In this document: piece after piece, positions 1-9,639 of the stretch
Numbering within the stretch: the first letter of the stretch is position 1
Layout of the letters: each line of letters begins with the position of its first letter
From: Candidatus Doudnabacteria bacterium
GTDB taxonomy: Bacteria > Patescibacteriota > Doudnabacteria > UBA920 > VMFF01
Reading direction: 5' to 3'
DNA: 64,000 nucleotides
Assembly (NCBI GenBank): GCA_963840645.1
Contig: CAWIZL010000004.1
Location: 16,574 to 80,573 of the forward strand
Translations under genes and position numbers: made by a program
The notes under the pieces: generated by a model
What the model was told of the DNA's origin: nothing
Database searches by the model: none
Seen by the model: the letters and a program-made list of their open reading frames with translations, nothing else

Positions 1-113
1 GACCAGGGAGCAGCTGGTAAGAGACTAGCCGTGCCCACGCAACGATGGCATTTCATCTTCGCTAGCCTGCTGATTACGGCCAGCGTTCTGGGCGCGCAAG
101 CTGTGTGAAGGTT

Positions 114-440
114 TTAATGCCGTTCGAGACGGATCAAGCCGCAACCTTGCCGAGCCGCCATCAACTCGCGGTGGTCGTCGCCGGCGTGATGAAACCAAAA
201 CCCTCGATTCGCAGCGAAGAGCATACTCTCTTGCGCCATCCGATAGCCGGTCAGTTTGAAAGACGCTTTCTCATGGAATGAAGCCCGCCCTTGTATTGGT
301 GGTATTGGCGCAAGTCTATCGATTTGACCTTTCCGCTCTTGGGAAACGTTCGGGATTGGGAACCACGCCGCGGCGTATTGATATTGTCGCCCGATTTTGA
401 ACAGGGGAGGATTCAACCTGTCGAGCATAATTGCACACAT
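114..440 (-). CDS. hypothetical protein (no family recognised)
   Basis: 108-aa ORF in track, isolated at the window edge. No motif recognised. Confidence 0.35.
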   Translation of the reverse strand: MCAIMLDRLNPPLFKIGRQYQYAAAWFPIPNVSQERKGQIDRLAPIPPIQGRASFHEKASFKLTGYRMAQESMLFAANRGFWFHHAGDDHRELMAARQGCGLIRLERH

Positions 441-522
441 CGCGACCAGTGTTGCGGTCTAGTTAGGAAGCCGATCCAGACTGCGATCGGTGGACGCGCA
501 AGCTGCACCGAAAGGGGACGGC

Positions 523-1362
523 ATGGCTGGGAAATTATTAATTGTCGAGGATGAGTCCATTGTGGCCTTGGATCTTCGCCAGGAGCTCGAAGAATTTGGA
601 TGTGAAATAACGGGGCTGGCGGAGTCGGCTGAGGCGGCATTCATGTCGGTCGAAGAATGCAGGCCCGACCTGGTGCTGATGGATATCAAGATTGACGGCC
701 CCATGGACGGAATCGAGACTGCCCGGCAATTGCGGCGCGCCTATAAAGTTCCGGTGGTATTTCTTACTTCGCATTGCGACAAACTGACTCTGGATCGAGC
801 CGCGAAAGAATTGCCGTATGGCTACCTTATAAAGCCCTTCAAGAGCCAGGAACTGCAGGCAACATTGCGCGTAGCGCTGCACAGGGCGGCAATCGACGCA
901 GACCAGCGGAAATCGAGCCAACTCATGTCAATGACAATTGAGGGAGTGCGCGAATCCATGGTTCTGCTTTCGGCCGATGGAATTGTGCAATACATGAATC
1001 GCGCTGCCGAGGAGATGGCGGGCTTGAAACTCTTGCGCGCGCGCGGCATGCTCTTGACTGAAGTGTTTCAATTGCGCGAGATCGCGAAGCGTCCCGTTCC
1101 GCTGCCGGTAGCCTACGGCCAAGCGGTGGCCATCGAGGAATTTGGCTGGTCCCTTTTTGTTCCGGGCAGAGAGCGGATGATGGTCGATTTTTCGGTGAGA
1201 TCCGTGGTATCGGGTGAAGGCAGTCACAGCGGTTATGTGATCGCCCTGCGAGACGCGACCGAGAGAATGCATCAGGAGGTAATTGACGCTTCCCGCGCCG
1301 AGACTCAAACTCTCGCCGAACCGTCCCTCCTCCATACTTCATGCGGGCTGAAAACGCTGTGA
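523..1362 (+). CDS. response-regulator receiver (REC) domain protein with C-terminal PAS domain
   Basis: ORF 490..1362 (GTG). Internal ATG 523 gives MAGKLLIVEDE. REC hallmarks: DE pair, LVLMDIKIDG phospho-Asp, T..., LIKPF Lys. PAS-like segment ends GYVIALRDATER. Confidence 0.85.
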   Translation: MAGKLLIVEDESIVALDLRQELEEFGCEITGLAESAEAAFMSVEECRPDLVLMDIKIDGPMDGIETARQLRRAYKVPVVFLTSHCDKLTLDRAAKELPYGYLIKPFKSQELQATLRVALHRAAIDADQRKSSQLMSMTIEGVRESMVLLSADGIVQYMNRAAEEMAGLKLLRARGMLLTEVFQLREIAKRPVPLPVAYGQAVAIEEFGWSLFVPGRERMMVDFSVRSVVSGEGSHSGYVIALRDATERMHQEVIDASRAETQTLAEPSLLHTSCGLKTL

Positions 1363-1443
1363 CCTGCGAACCCAATCAAATCCAGATTCAATCCGGCAGT
1401 CAGCGCATTTCACGGAAGCTAGCGCAGCCCACAGGAGTTTGAC

Positions 1444-2343
1444 ATGCCCTCTCAGTATCTCGATGAAGTCAGCGAAAGTTCCAGTTACCTCATCCCCGGT
1501 GGCGAAATAAGCGTATTCGCCAAGATTACGCACGACATTACTGTGCAGAAGGTGCATGAGGATGAGCAGAAGAGGAGTTCATTGGAACTGGAGAGCCGGA
1601 TAAAGGAGCGAACCTCGCAGCTTCGAGCCATCGCCGATGAGTTGCATGCCGAGAAGGAAAAGCTTCAAGGCCTGGTCGTCACATTCCGCAAGAAGCTGGA
1701 GGAGAAAGAGGTATTGCTGCGCGAAGTTCACCATCGCGTCAAGAACAACATGCAAGTGGTACAAAGCCTGCTCAAGATGGGGTCGCGGACCATCACCTCC
1801 GGTAACGGCCGCGATGTGATTGCCGCCGCCGTGCAGCGTATCGAGGTGATGGTTACGGCTCATGAACGCCTGTATCAATCGTCTGAACTCGCTGGCCTGA
1901 CGCTGCCTTCGTTCCTTCGTGGAATTGTTGAGGGAGCAATTGCTGCCTACACCGATCAATCCGATCGACTGCAATTGCAGATGGAGGCCGATGAGATTCC
2001 CATATCGATTGACAACGCGATTCTCCTCGGACTCCTGGTGAACGAACTCATCTCAAACTGTCTGAAGCACGGCTTTGCAGGGGATCGCCGAGGCAAGATC
2101 TTTATATCCGCAAGGATTATGCCCGGAACGGTGCGCATTGTGGTTCAGGACAACGGCAAAGGTCTGCCAGGGAACTTCGATGCCTCTCGAAGCGAATCGA
2201 TGGGACTCAAACTTGTCGATAACCTGGCTCGGCAGTTGGGTGGAAAGGTCGAATTTATCTCGAACGACGGATGCCGCGTGCAGACCGACCTCACCCGGCT
2301 TGTTCCGCAGCTTTCGCAACATCCAATGTCAGTTCCCGTTTGA
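1444..2343 (+). CDS. HisKA_2/HWE-type sensor histidine kinase (coiled coil, H-box, HATPase_c)
   Basis: H-box EVHHRVKNNMQVVQSLL, N-box LLVNELISNCLKHGF, G-boxes DNGKGLP and GLKLV. AGGAG (1433..1437) lies 6 nt upstream of ATG 1444. N-terminus is only the tail of a PAS domain (KITHDITVQK). Confidence 0.85.
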   Translation: MPSQYLDEVSESSSYLIPGGEISVFAKITHDITVQKVHEDEQKRSSLELESRIKERTSQLRAIADELHAEKEKLQGLVVTFRKKLEEKEVLLREVHHRVKNNMQVVQSLLKMGSRTITSGNGRDVIAAAVQRIEVMVTAHERLYQSSELAGLTLPSFLRGIVEGAIAAYTDQSDRLQLQMEADEIPISIDNAILLGLLVNELISNCLKHGFAGDRRGKIFISARIMPGTVRIVVQDNGKGLPGNFDASRSESMGLKLVDNLARQLGGKVEFISNDGCRVQTDLTRLVPQLSQHPMSVPV

Positions 2344-2531
2344 GCCGACGATAAAGTTATTTATTTGTTCTGGATGACCGGTCGGTCACTCGTGAAGCGA
2401 TCGCAGCTCGGCTCGCCACGCGTCCGGCGGCTTCGCCCGAAATGGGTTCAGAGGGCGGATTGTCCGTAAACAAGCCGGACTCGAACAACGCGATCTGGGC
2501 GGGGAGCATCCTAGCAACCGAGGAGTTAATA

Positions 2532-2822
2532 ATGAAAAAGCTGTACAACATCTTAGCGCTCACGATCCTTTCCGCGAGTCTCATGGGAGGCGTTGCCGTC
2601 GCCCAGGACCATCACGACAACCACAGTTACGTCCAACACAAGGAATGGAAGAGAGGCGCAACCATTCCGCACGAAGACTGGGATCGCGGCGACAAAGTCG
2701 ACTATCACCAATATCATTTGAGCGCCCCGCCAAACGGTTACGAATGGCGCATGATTGATGGCAACTATGTTCTCGTGAACGTCTCGAACTTCCAGATTCG
2801 CACCGTGATCCGCGTAAAGTAA
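2532..2822 (+). CDS. secreted RcnB/YohN-like domain protein
   Basis: ATG 2532 with AGGAG at 2521..2525. Signal peptide MKKLYNILALTILSASLMGGVAVA. C-terminal pattern PPNGYEWRMIDGNYVLVN...I is typical of the RcnB-like domain. Confidence 0.7.
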   Translation: MKKLYNILALTILSASLMGGVAVAQDHHDNHSYVQHKEWKRGATIPHEDWDRGDKVDYHQYHLSAPPNGYEWRMIDGNYVLVNVSNFQIRTVIRVK

Positions 2823-2843
2823 CGCGTCCTCCCCTGCCTATCG

Positions 2844-2880
2844 GGCCGCCGGGTAAGTCTCAACCGGCGGCCTTGGTATT
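2844..2880 (+). terminator. intrinsic terminator candidate after the RcnB-like gene
   Basis: Perfect 9-bp stem GGCCGCCGG/CCGGCGGCC (2844..2852 / 2864..2872), 11-nt loop, followed by ttggtatttt. Confidence 0.6.
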
Positions 2881-3057
2881 TTCAGATTCAGGCCACGCAA
2901 AGCAATTCAACTGCGGCTAGGCGAATTTGTGGCAAGGCGCTGGCGAAATACGTAGACGCGCTGAGAACTCTGCTTGGTAAGGCATTATGAATTTGCGCGG
3001 GCTCGCTCTTTTTACCTCACGAATCAAGTCGGGAGCTAGAAGCTAGTAGCTGTCTCA

Positions 3058-3942
3058 TCACGCCTTCGTCAGATAGCCCATGCCGTCGAGCACCCCGCGC
3101 ATGAACGCGAAGCTCTCTATCACGCCGGGCATGGGATCGTCGGGATGAATCTCGTACTCGAGATCGACGAAGCCTTTGTAGTTGATTTTGACCAGCGCCT
3201 CGAACATCTCGCGGAAGGGAAGAATGCCCTCGCCCACCGGAACCTGGCTTTCCTTACTCTGGAAACTCGTCAGATCCTTCACATGCATGTCGTAGAGGCG
3301 CGGACCTGCGGCATGAATGGCTTCAACGAGGTTGGCCCCGGCGCGCGCCGCGTGGCCTACGTCGATGCAGCAGCCGATGCGGTGGTCGAGATCCTTCACA
3401 ATTTTGAGCACGTCGAACGGGGAGTGGTAGATCTTGTCCTCGGGACCGTGATTGTGGATGGCGAGGCGAATATCGTACTCGCGCACGAATTTCTCGATGC
3501 GCGGCAGCGTAGCGGGAGCGGGATCGCCGGCCACGATGACGTTGACGCCTGCGCGCTTGGCGTATTCAAATTTCGAACGGATATCATCATCGTCGTCTTT
3601 GGGAAAGGCGACAGTGCCCACGGCGTGGAGCTTAATGCCGGCGGCGGCATAATCGGCCAGCGCAGCGGCCTCAAGCGCCGGATCCATGGGCAGATGGTCT
3701 TTCGTGTCCTTGCAGTTCAAGTCGGTTAGATTGAGCTGCTTCATGAAGTCGATGAGCTTCGCGCGCGTGAAGTTGCGAAAGGTGTAGCTGGCAAGGCCGA
3801 GCTTTACGGGCGAGGGCTTTCCCGCGGCGGGAATGGCTTCAGCTTGCGCAGGTGCGGAGCTGATGAAGGCTGTGGCGGCGGTGGAGGCAGCAACAATCGT
3901 GGACGATTGCAGAAAATTGCGACGGGAAATTGTGTTTTTCAT
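3058..3942 (-). CDS. TAT-exported sugar phosphate isomerase/epimerase (xylose isomerase-like TIM barrel)
   Basis: ORF 3058..3993. Likely start at M18 (MKNTISRRNFLQSS..AQA, a twin-arginine signal). Motifs RLAIHNHGPED and CCIDVGHAARAG are typical of the AP_endonuc_2/xylose isomerase-like fold. Confidence 0.8.
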   Translation of the reverse strand: MKNTISRRNFLQSSTIVAASTAATAFISSAPAQAEAIPAAGKPSPVKLGLASYTFRNFTRAKLIDFMKQLNLTDLNCKDTKDHLPMDPALEAAALADYAAAGIKLHAVGTVAFPKDDDDDIRSKFEYAKRAGVNVIVAGDPAPATLPRIEKFVREYDIRLAIHNHGPEDKIYHSPFDVLKIVKDLDHRIGCCIDVGHAARAGANLVEAIHAAGPRLYDMHVKDLTSFQSKESQVPVGEGILPFREMFEALVKINYKGFVDLEYEIHPDDPMPGVIESFAFMRGVLDGMGYLTKA

Positions 3943-4017
3943 GGCGGAGCCATTATAGGGGATCGCCGGCACGCCAGGCTGTGATTTCGACAAGTGGGCA
4001 GTGTTCTAATTTGAAGC

Positions 4018-4155
4018 TCATTTTTCAATAAGCCTCTTTAGGTCATTGACCGCCTTCTGAAGTTTATCGAAGTTGTGATTGAGGGAGAGCAGTAGGCCAA
4101 AAATCGAGGCCACCAACACAAGAATTACAGTCAACATAGTGCCCAAATATTCCAT
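4018..4155 (-). CDS. 45-aa single-pass membrane protein (small ORF, below the track cutoff)
   Basis: Hand translation: MEYLGTMLTVILVLVASIFGLLLSLNHNFDKLQKAVNDLKRLIEK*. GGAGG (4161..4165, minus strand) lies 5 nt upstream of ATG 4155. Locally A+T-rich. Confidence 0.45.
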   Translation of the reverse strand: MEYLGTMLTVILVLVASIFGLLLSLNHNFDKLQKAVNDLKRLIEK

Positions 4156-4347
4156 TTAAGCCTCCGTCGCCGCCTTCAATGTGGTGCGTGTCCTCCAAAT
4201 TAAGACGCTACCGATATAGAAGTGATGAACTCGTGCGTTCTCACCCCTAAGGCTCGCCGCGTTGCGTCGAGCTTTATGGATGGGGCACCGCCATGAAGGA
4301 TGATTCCCGGGATCAGACACCCGGACACTGGCACGTGATCTCTGCTT

Positions 4348-5133
4348 CTATTGTTTTCCGAAGCGGTAGACAACCCCACCCGTAAAGCCGAAGGCGCCCT
4401 GCACAGTTGAGCCGAAACCGGTGGCGAAATACTCCGGCGCGAGTTTGAATGCGACGCTCGGGGTCAGGTTGTACTCGCCGATAACGCTGGCGGTAGCGGC
4501 GAAGGTGCTGCCAGTCGAATAAAGGAGGCAGTTGCCGGGTGTGGCACAAAGAGAGCCCTCGCCATTGGTGTCGCCGGTGAAGTTGCCGTAGGCCCAGCCG
4601 CCCATCACACGTCCTGCAATGGAGTACTTGGGTTGCAGGTAAAAACGGTAGATGGGGCCGAAGAGTACGTTGTACATGCTGATCTGCGGGCGCGTGAAAG
4701 CGCCCTGGCTCAACGGTGTGACACCGACATAGGCGATTCCGACATAACCGCGGCCATCGAGCGTGTAACCCAGCCGCTCGGTTGAGAAGCGGGTCAGGCC
4801 CGTTTCCCATGCGTAAAATGTGGTGCGCTGCAGGTAGGGACCGGGCGTGAAGCGCAGGTAGCCCCCGTCCAGATAGGTCTCCCACTTGTGATCGTAGGCG
4901 TCATGAATGGCCGTGGCGCGGCGCTGTTCGCGGCGCTGGCGAATGCGTGCCTGGACATTAATTTGTCCCTGAGATTCCTGGGCGGATTGCTGACTGGAAC
5001 TGGTCTGATCTCCGGATTGGCTTTGGTCCGGCGTGGTGCTCGAAGAAGGACTGCCAGAGCTTTGTGCAAATGCGGCCGGCATGGCCGGCAATGCGAACGC
5101 CAGCAAAAGGGTGAGACGGCGAAAAGATTGCAT
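4348..5133 (-). CDS. secreted protein, probable outer-membrane beta-barrel
   Basis: ORF 4348..5178. Start at M16 (MQSFRRLTLLLAFALPAMPAAFA signal). Low-complexity S/Q linker, then alternating hydrophobic/aromatic strands ending ...GGVVYRFGKQ. Confidence 0.55.
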   Translation of the reverse strand: MQSFRRLTLLLAFALPAMPAAFAQSSGSPSSSTTPDQSQSGDQTSSSQQSAQESQGQINVQARIRQRREQRRATAIHDAYDHKWETYLDGGYLRFTPGPYLQRTTFYAWETGLTRFSTERLGYTLDGRGYVGIAYVGVTPLSQGAFTRPQISMYNVLFGPIYRFYLQPKYSIAGRVMGGWAYGNFTGDTNGEGSLCATPGNCLLYSTGSTFAATASVIGEYNLTPSVAFKLAPEYFATGFGSTVQGAFGFTGGVVYRFGKQ

Positions 5134-5296
5134 CGGTATCGGGATTCCTCCACGGGAGTACGAGAGCGGACCAAACATCCGGGCCCCCAGGAAGCGGATT
5201 TTGCTTCTTGGGATGGAAATGGCCGTGCGCTCCCCCCATTGGTATTAAAACATCTTGAAACCAGTTAGGGGAGTTCGGTAGTGGGCCAGTTTGAAA

Positions 5297-5375
5297 CTGT
5301 TTTGAAAGGGCACGAGTTCACTCGTGCCGAAACGCTGCAAAATGAACGCGGGCTTTAGCCCCTGAGGGATGGTTT
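5297..5375. repeat. interspersed hairpin repeat, family C (TTTTGAAAGGGCACGAG..CTCGTGCC ... GGGCTTTAGCCCCTGAGGGATG)
   Basis: Near-identical copies at 37447..37524, 9724..9824 and 24433..24535. Confidence 0.8.
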
Positions 5376-5469
5376 TCCCCGAAGTTAACCCACTACTCGG
5401 GCATCGCGCCGGGGCCCTCCCGTTAGCCTGCTCTGTTTTTGACGCGCGGAGGCGGAAACCAGCACAGTA

Positions 5470-5550
5470 CCGCCGGTCTCCTGACCGGCTGTAGTGCGGG
5501 TCTCCAGACCCGCACTCGCCTCAGACCCGCACTCGCCTGTCGACCCTCAG
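5470..5550. repeat. interspersed hairpin repeat, family B variant (hairpin-TGTAG-hairpin)
   Basis: gccggtc-tcct-gaccggc, then TGTAG, then gtgcgggtc-tcca-gacccgcac. Same architecture as 37368..37424 and 52767..52822, with different but complementary stems. Confidence 0.65.
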
Positions 5551-5571
5551 GAAATCACCAATTTGAATCGC

Positions 5572-6396
5572 CTAAACAATCGCCTTCAGGTCGGCCAGCA
5601 ACTGGGCCTGATCGAAGCCGCCCGGCGAGCCTTTGGCAGCCAGCCAGTCCTCACTCAGCAGCGTGTGCGCCTCGTCGCAATACTCGTTCCAGAAGGCCAC
5701 GGTCATGGCCTTCGGCTGTCCCCAGGTGATGCAGGTAAAGCCGTCCTGATCGTATTTGGGCACGAACACGCAGTGGCCACCCCAGCTGCCGGGTTTGGCA
5801 TCGGAGCCCCCGTTCGCGACCACGTCCCAAACGTCCTGCTGCTGCGCCGTCAAAGGCAGCGACAGGCCGATGTAGACGCCGCCAAAGAGTGCAATCGACT
5901 GGCGTATCTGGGTGAGGTTGGAGGGCCTGGGGTCGGCGAAGGCCGTGAGCGCGTGCCCGGCCAAGCCCTGCTTCCTCCAGTCCGTCAAGACATCGAGTTC
6001 CACTCCGCCGTCGTCGGTCGAAGGATCGCCGGGCTTGTAGCCGTCCCAATTCTCGTAGTACTTTTCGATGGTCGCGTCGGGCAGCGTCACTTCGCCGCCC
6101 ACATTCGCGGACCAAACCTGTATCGCGTGCCCGCAGCCGGCGATCGTGCAATCGCCCAGCGTATCGTTCATCATCATGCCCCAGGCGGTAATACCCCTGG
6201 TCCAGTCGGCCGTGGGCGGTGGCGGCGGCAGGCTAGGCGTCAAATAGTCGGCCAGCATCAGCGTTCGGCTGTCGGTCTTGACGGCCTTGCGGCCAAGTCT
6301 CCGGGGCCCCCACGGCGCGATTGTTACGCCGTGGGGTGGAAGTCTCCGGGGCGGGAGTTTCCCGGGTGGAAGGTTGATCTTCACGTGGTCTGTCAT
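5572..6396 (-). CDS. hypothetical protein; possible papain-like Cys/His peptidase fold
   Basis: 274-aa ORF. N-terminal Pro-rich region, then NDTLGDCTIAGCGHAIQVW (Cys in a nucleophile-like context) and a late SWGGHCVFV His. Functional assignment is tentative. Confidence 0.6.
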   Translation of the reverse strand: MTDHVKINLPPGKLPPRRLPPHGVTIAPWGPRRLGRKAVKTDSRTLMLADYLTPSLPPPPPTADWTRGITAWGMMMNDTLGDCTIAGCGHAIQVWSANVGGEVTLPDATIEKYYENWDGYKPGDPSTDDGGVELDVLTDWRKQGLAGHALTAFADPRPSNLTQIRQSIALFGGVYIGLSLPLTAQQQDVWDVVANGGSDAKPGSWGGHCVFVPKYDQDGFTCITWGQPKAMTVAFWNEYCDEAHTLLSEDWLAAKGSPGGFDQAQLLADLKAIV

Positions 6397-6607
6397 GGGA
6401 GAGGTCCTTTCGTGCGCATGGAATTACCAGACAAGCGCGCGCAGGAATGCGATCGGGAAGCAATCGATCCTCTCAGCCCAGTAGTTTTCCGGATACGCTG
6501 CTGTTATCGTTGCGTAAACGCTGAATTAATCTGCAAAACCACCCGAAGATAAAATTGGGTCGCCGGGTCGGGAAAGATCGGGAAAGATCAGGAAAGGGCG
6601 GGAGAAT

Positions 6608-7243
6608 ATGGGACGTATCGTTTTCGGAATAATTTTAGGGCTGCTTCTGGCGCCTTTGGCGATTGTGGCGTGGTTTCACGCGGGCAAAGCGCCGGTGGCT
6701 GTAGCCGATCCACCGCTGCCTATGGAAAGGCAAATCGCGCACATGGCGCTCGACGCGCGCATTGCCCGCGACGCGCCAGGAAACCCGCCGATCCAGGCCG
6801 AATGAGGACAATCTCACCGCCGGCGCGGAAGTTTATCGCGACCAATGCGCGGCCTGCCATGGGTTTCACGGCAAGCCCTGACCTTTGGCCCGCACATGTA
6901 TCCCAACGCTCCCGGCTTGTGGCAGAAGCACGGTAACAGTGATGTGGTCGGTGTGAGCGATGACGCGCCGGGCGAGACCTACTGGAAAGTCGCAAACGGC
7001 ATCCGTCTCACCGGCATGCCGTCTTTCAAAGACACGCTCTCCGACACGCAGATGTGGCAGGTAAGCCTGCTGCTCGCCAACTCCAATAAGCCATTGCCTC
7101 CCGCGGCGCTTGCCATCGTGCGCGGCGAGCAGACCGCAGCGCCGCCTGCCCCGCCTGTTGCGCAAACTCAGTTGAGGCGCGAGCGGCAGGTGGCCACGCG
7201 AGTCAAGATCGAATTGGAAACGAAAGGGAAGTTGGATCCATGA
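6608..7243 (+). pseudogene. membrane-anchored class I cytochrome c, frame-disrupted as sequenced
   Basis: N-terminal TM helix in ORF 6608..6805. Heme motif CAACH (6846..6860) lies in a different frame (6804..6881). C-terminal part with Met ligand GMPSF is in ORF 6845..7243, back in the first frame. This gives two compensating shifts. Confidence 0.8.
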
Positions 7244-7494
7244 GTTTCCTCGCTACGCTCAAAAAGGGCTTAGGATTCGTCTTGCTCAGCATGGGCGTCT
7301 CGCGGCCAACACCAAAGCCCAAACCCGACACGAAACCCCCGGCCAAGCCGGGCCGGCGAATAGGCGGCGTCCAGCGGGTTGCCTGCGACGGTGCCTTCGG
7401 TCATTCGCCGCACTCCTCGTACAATGAGAGAGGAAGCTTACCCTACACGGCCGATGGCGGAATCCGAAGACAACAAGACCAAATCCGACGCTGA
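7240..7494 (+). CDS. small hypothetical protein (Pro/Lys-rich), extent uncertain
   Basis: ATGA overlap with the cytochrome c stop (7240..7243). MSFLATLKKGLGFVLLSMG... The 3' part overlaps the ABC gene start, so the true stop is probably earlier. Confidence 0.3.
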   Translation: MSFLATLKKGLGFVLLSMGVSRPTPKPKPDTKPPAKPGRRIGGVQRVACDGAFGHSPHSSYNERGSLPYTADGGIRRQQDQIRR

Positions 7495-9521
7495 ACCCGG
7501 GCCAAGTCCGGCTCGGGCGAAGCCCGAAAGAAGCCCGACGAGGACCCCGTCGGCAAGGTCTACGACGCACGGCTGATGCGGCGGCTGGGCCACTACGTGC
7601 GCCCCTACTGGCTGCAGGCCGCCATCGCCTCGCTCTCGGTCACGCTCAAGTCCCTCTGCGACGTCGCCGGGCCCATCCTGGTGATGGTGGCCGTCGACCG
7701 CTATCTCGCACCGGACGCCGCCGACGCAAGATGCCTCGAACGCCGTCGCGCATTGGGTCGCCAATGCCAGCCCTCTCGCCCACATGCTTCCGCCGGATCC
7801 CGTCGCCGGCATAACGCGCCTCGCTGCCATCTACCTCGATCATGCTGGTTTCGGCCTATCTCTTCCAATTCGTCCAGGTCTACCTGATGCAGTGGATCGG
7901 CCAGAAGATCATGTTCGACCTGCGCCGCGATATTTTCCGCCACATGCAGCGCATGCACATGGGCTTCTTCGACATACATCCCGTCGGCCGTCTGGTCACG
8001 CGCCTCACGTCCGACGTGGACGCCGTCAACGAAATGTTCACCGACGGCGTTCTGGCCATCGTCAACGATTTCTTCATGCTCACCATCATGGCCGCGGTGA
8101 TGCTCGCTATCAGTTGGTGGCTGGCGCTGCTGGCCTTCGCGGTGCTGCCGCTGATTCTCATCGTCACGCGCATTTTTCGTCGATCCATGTCCGCGAAAGC
8201 TACCGCCGCGTGCGCACCGCCATTGCGCGCATCAACAGCTTCACCCAGGAACACATCTCCGGCATGAGCGTCGTGCAGCTCTTCAATCGCGAAGATCGCG
8301 CCTACAAGGACTTTGAAGCCGTCAACCGGCAGCACATGATCGCGTTCAAGGACACGATCTTTGCCTACGCGCTCTACTATCCGGCCGTCGATTTTCTTTC
8401 CTCCGTCGCCATCGCCCTGGTGGTGTGGCGCGGCGGCTTCGGCGTGCTGCACTGCCGCCCACCGTGACCATCGGCGTGCTCATCATGTTCACGCAGTTCT
8501 CGCTGCGCTTCTGGCGGCCGATCCAGGATCTGAGCGACAAGTACAACATCCTGCAAGCCGCGATGGCGGCCTGCGAGCGCATCTTCAAGCTGATGGATTC
8601 GGCGCCGGAGATTGTCAGCCCCGCGCATCCCGTAGCCGGCGACGGGTCGAATCGCATCGAATTCCGACACGTCTGGTTCACCTATCAGAAACTGCACCGA
8701 TGCGCAGAAGGCCGCCGTCGCAGCGGCGGCGCAAGGCGACCGGCAGGCGGCGCGGCCCTGGCCGCTCTGGATGACATCGAGTGGATTCTCAAAGACGTTT
8801 CCTTCACCATCGAGCCAGGCCAGACGGTGGCCATTGTCGGCCACACCGGGCGCGGCAAGACCACGCTCACCAGCCTGATGATGCGCTTTTACGAAGTCAC
8901 GGCCGGGCGCATTCTGATCGATGGCGTCGACCTGCGCGAGCATGATCTTGACCGCGCTGCGCCGCCACTTTGCCGTGGTGCTGCAGGATCCGTTCCTGTT
9001 TTCCGGCACCATCGGCGAAAACATCCGCCTCGGCAACGAGGAAATCACCGACGCGACGATGCGCCAGGCCGCGCGCGACGTCAACGTGCTCGACTTTATT
9101 GAGATCGCTGCCCCACAGCTTCGATGAGCCGGTGCGCGAGCGCGGCAATTCGCTCTCCACGGGCCAGAAGCAGCTCATCAACTTCGCCCGCGCGCTGGCC
9201 TACAATCCGCGCATTCTCATTCTCGACGAAGCCACATCGAGCGTCGACACCGACACCGAGCTTCGCATCCGCGGCGCCCTGGAGCGCATGGTCGAAGGGC
9301 CGCACCAGCGTGCTGATCGCGCACCGGCTGTCGACGGTGCAGCGGGCCGAAACCATCCTGGTGATGCACAAGGGACAGCTGCGCGAGATGGGCTCGCATC
9401 AGGAACTGCTCGCCGCAGCGCGGCCTTTACTGGAAGCTTTACCAGTTGCAGTACAAAGATCAGGAGACCGGCACTCTGGCACCGCCTGCGCAAGAGCCCT
9501 CCGCCGCCCCCGCGATGTGAA
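7454..9521 (+). pseudogene. MsbA/lipid A-export-like ABC transporter (fused permease + ATPase), multiply frame-disrupted as sequenced
   Basis: Homolog-like sequence hops through ORFs 7379, 7576, 7842, 7784, 8425, 8921, 8970 and 9124 (at least 8 frame changes). Motifs: KVYDARLMRRLGHYVRPYW, TM6 domain, Walker A GHTGRGKTT, signature LSTGQKQ, Walker [11 protein letters not shown]-loop LIAHRL. Ends ...[14 protein letters not shown] at 9521. Confidence 0.9.
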
Positions 9522-9639
9522 AAAGCTACCCCGTCGAGCAAGAATCGCTCGCTGGGGCTCCGGCATCGAACGAAGGACTAAGAAAGACATGGAACGAGGA
9601 GCAGGGAACTGATGTCTCAAATGCCCTGCGCCGTAGGCG

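Noticed and set aside
5494-6552. Long antisense or alternative-frame ORFs (e.g. 5494..6552 +, 28150..28977 +, 39028..40170 +, 52816..53931 -, 57370..58125 +, 45143..45778 +)
   Set aside because: Each lies opposite a gene with clear family signatures. They have Arg/Pro/Ala-rich low-complexity translations typical of stop-poor shadow frames in high-G+C DNA.
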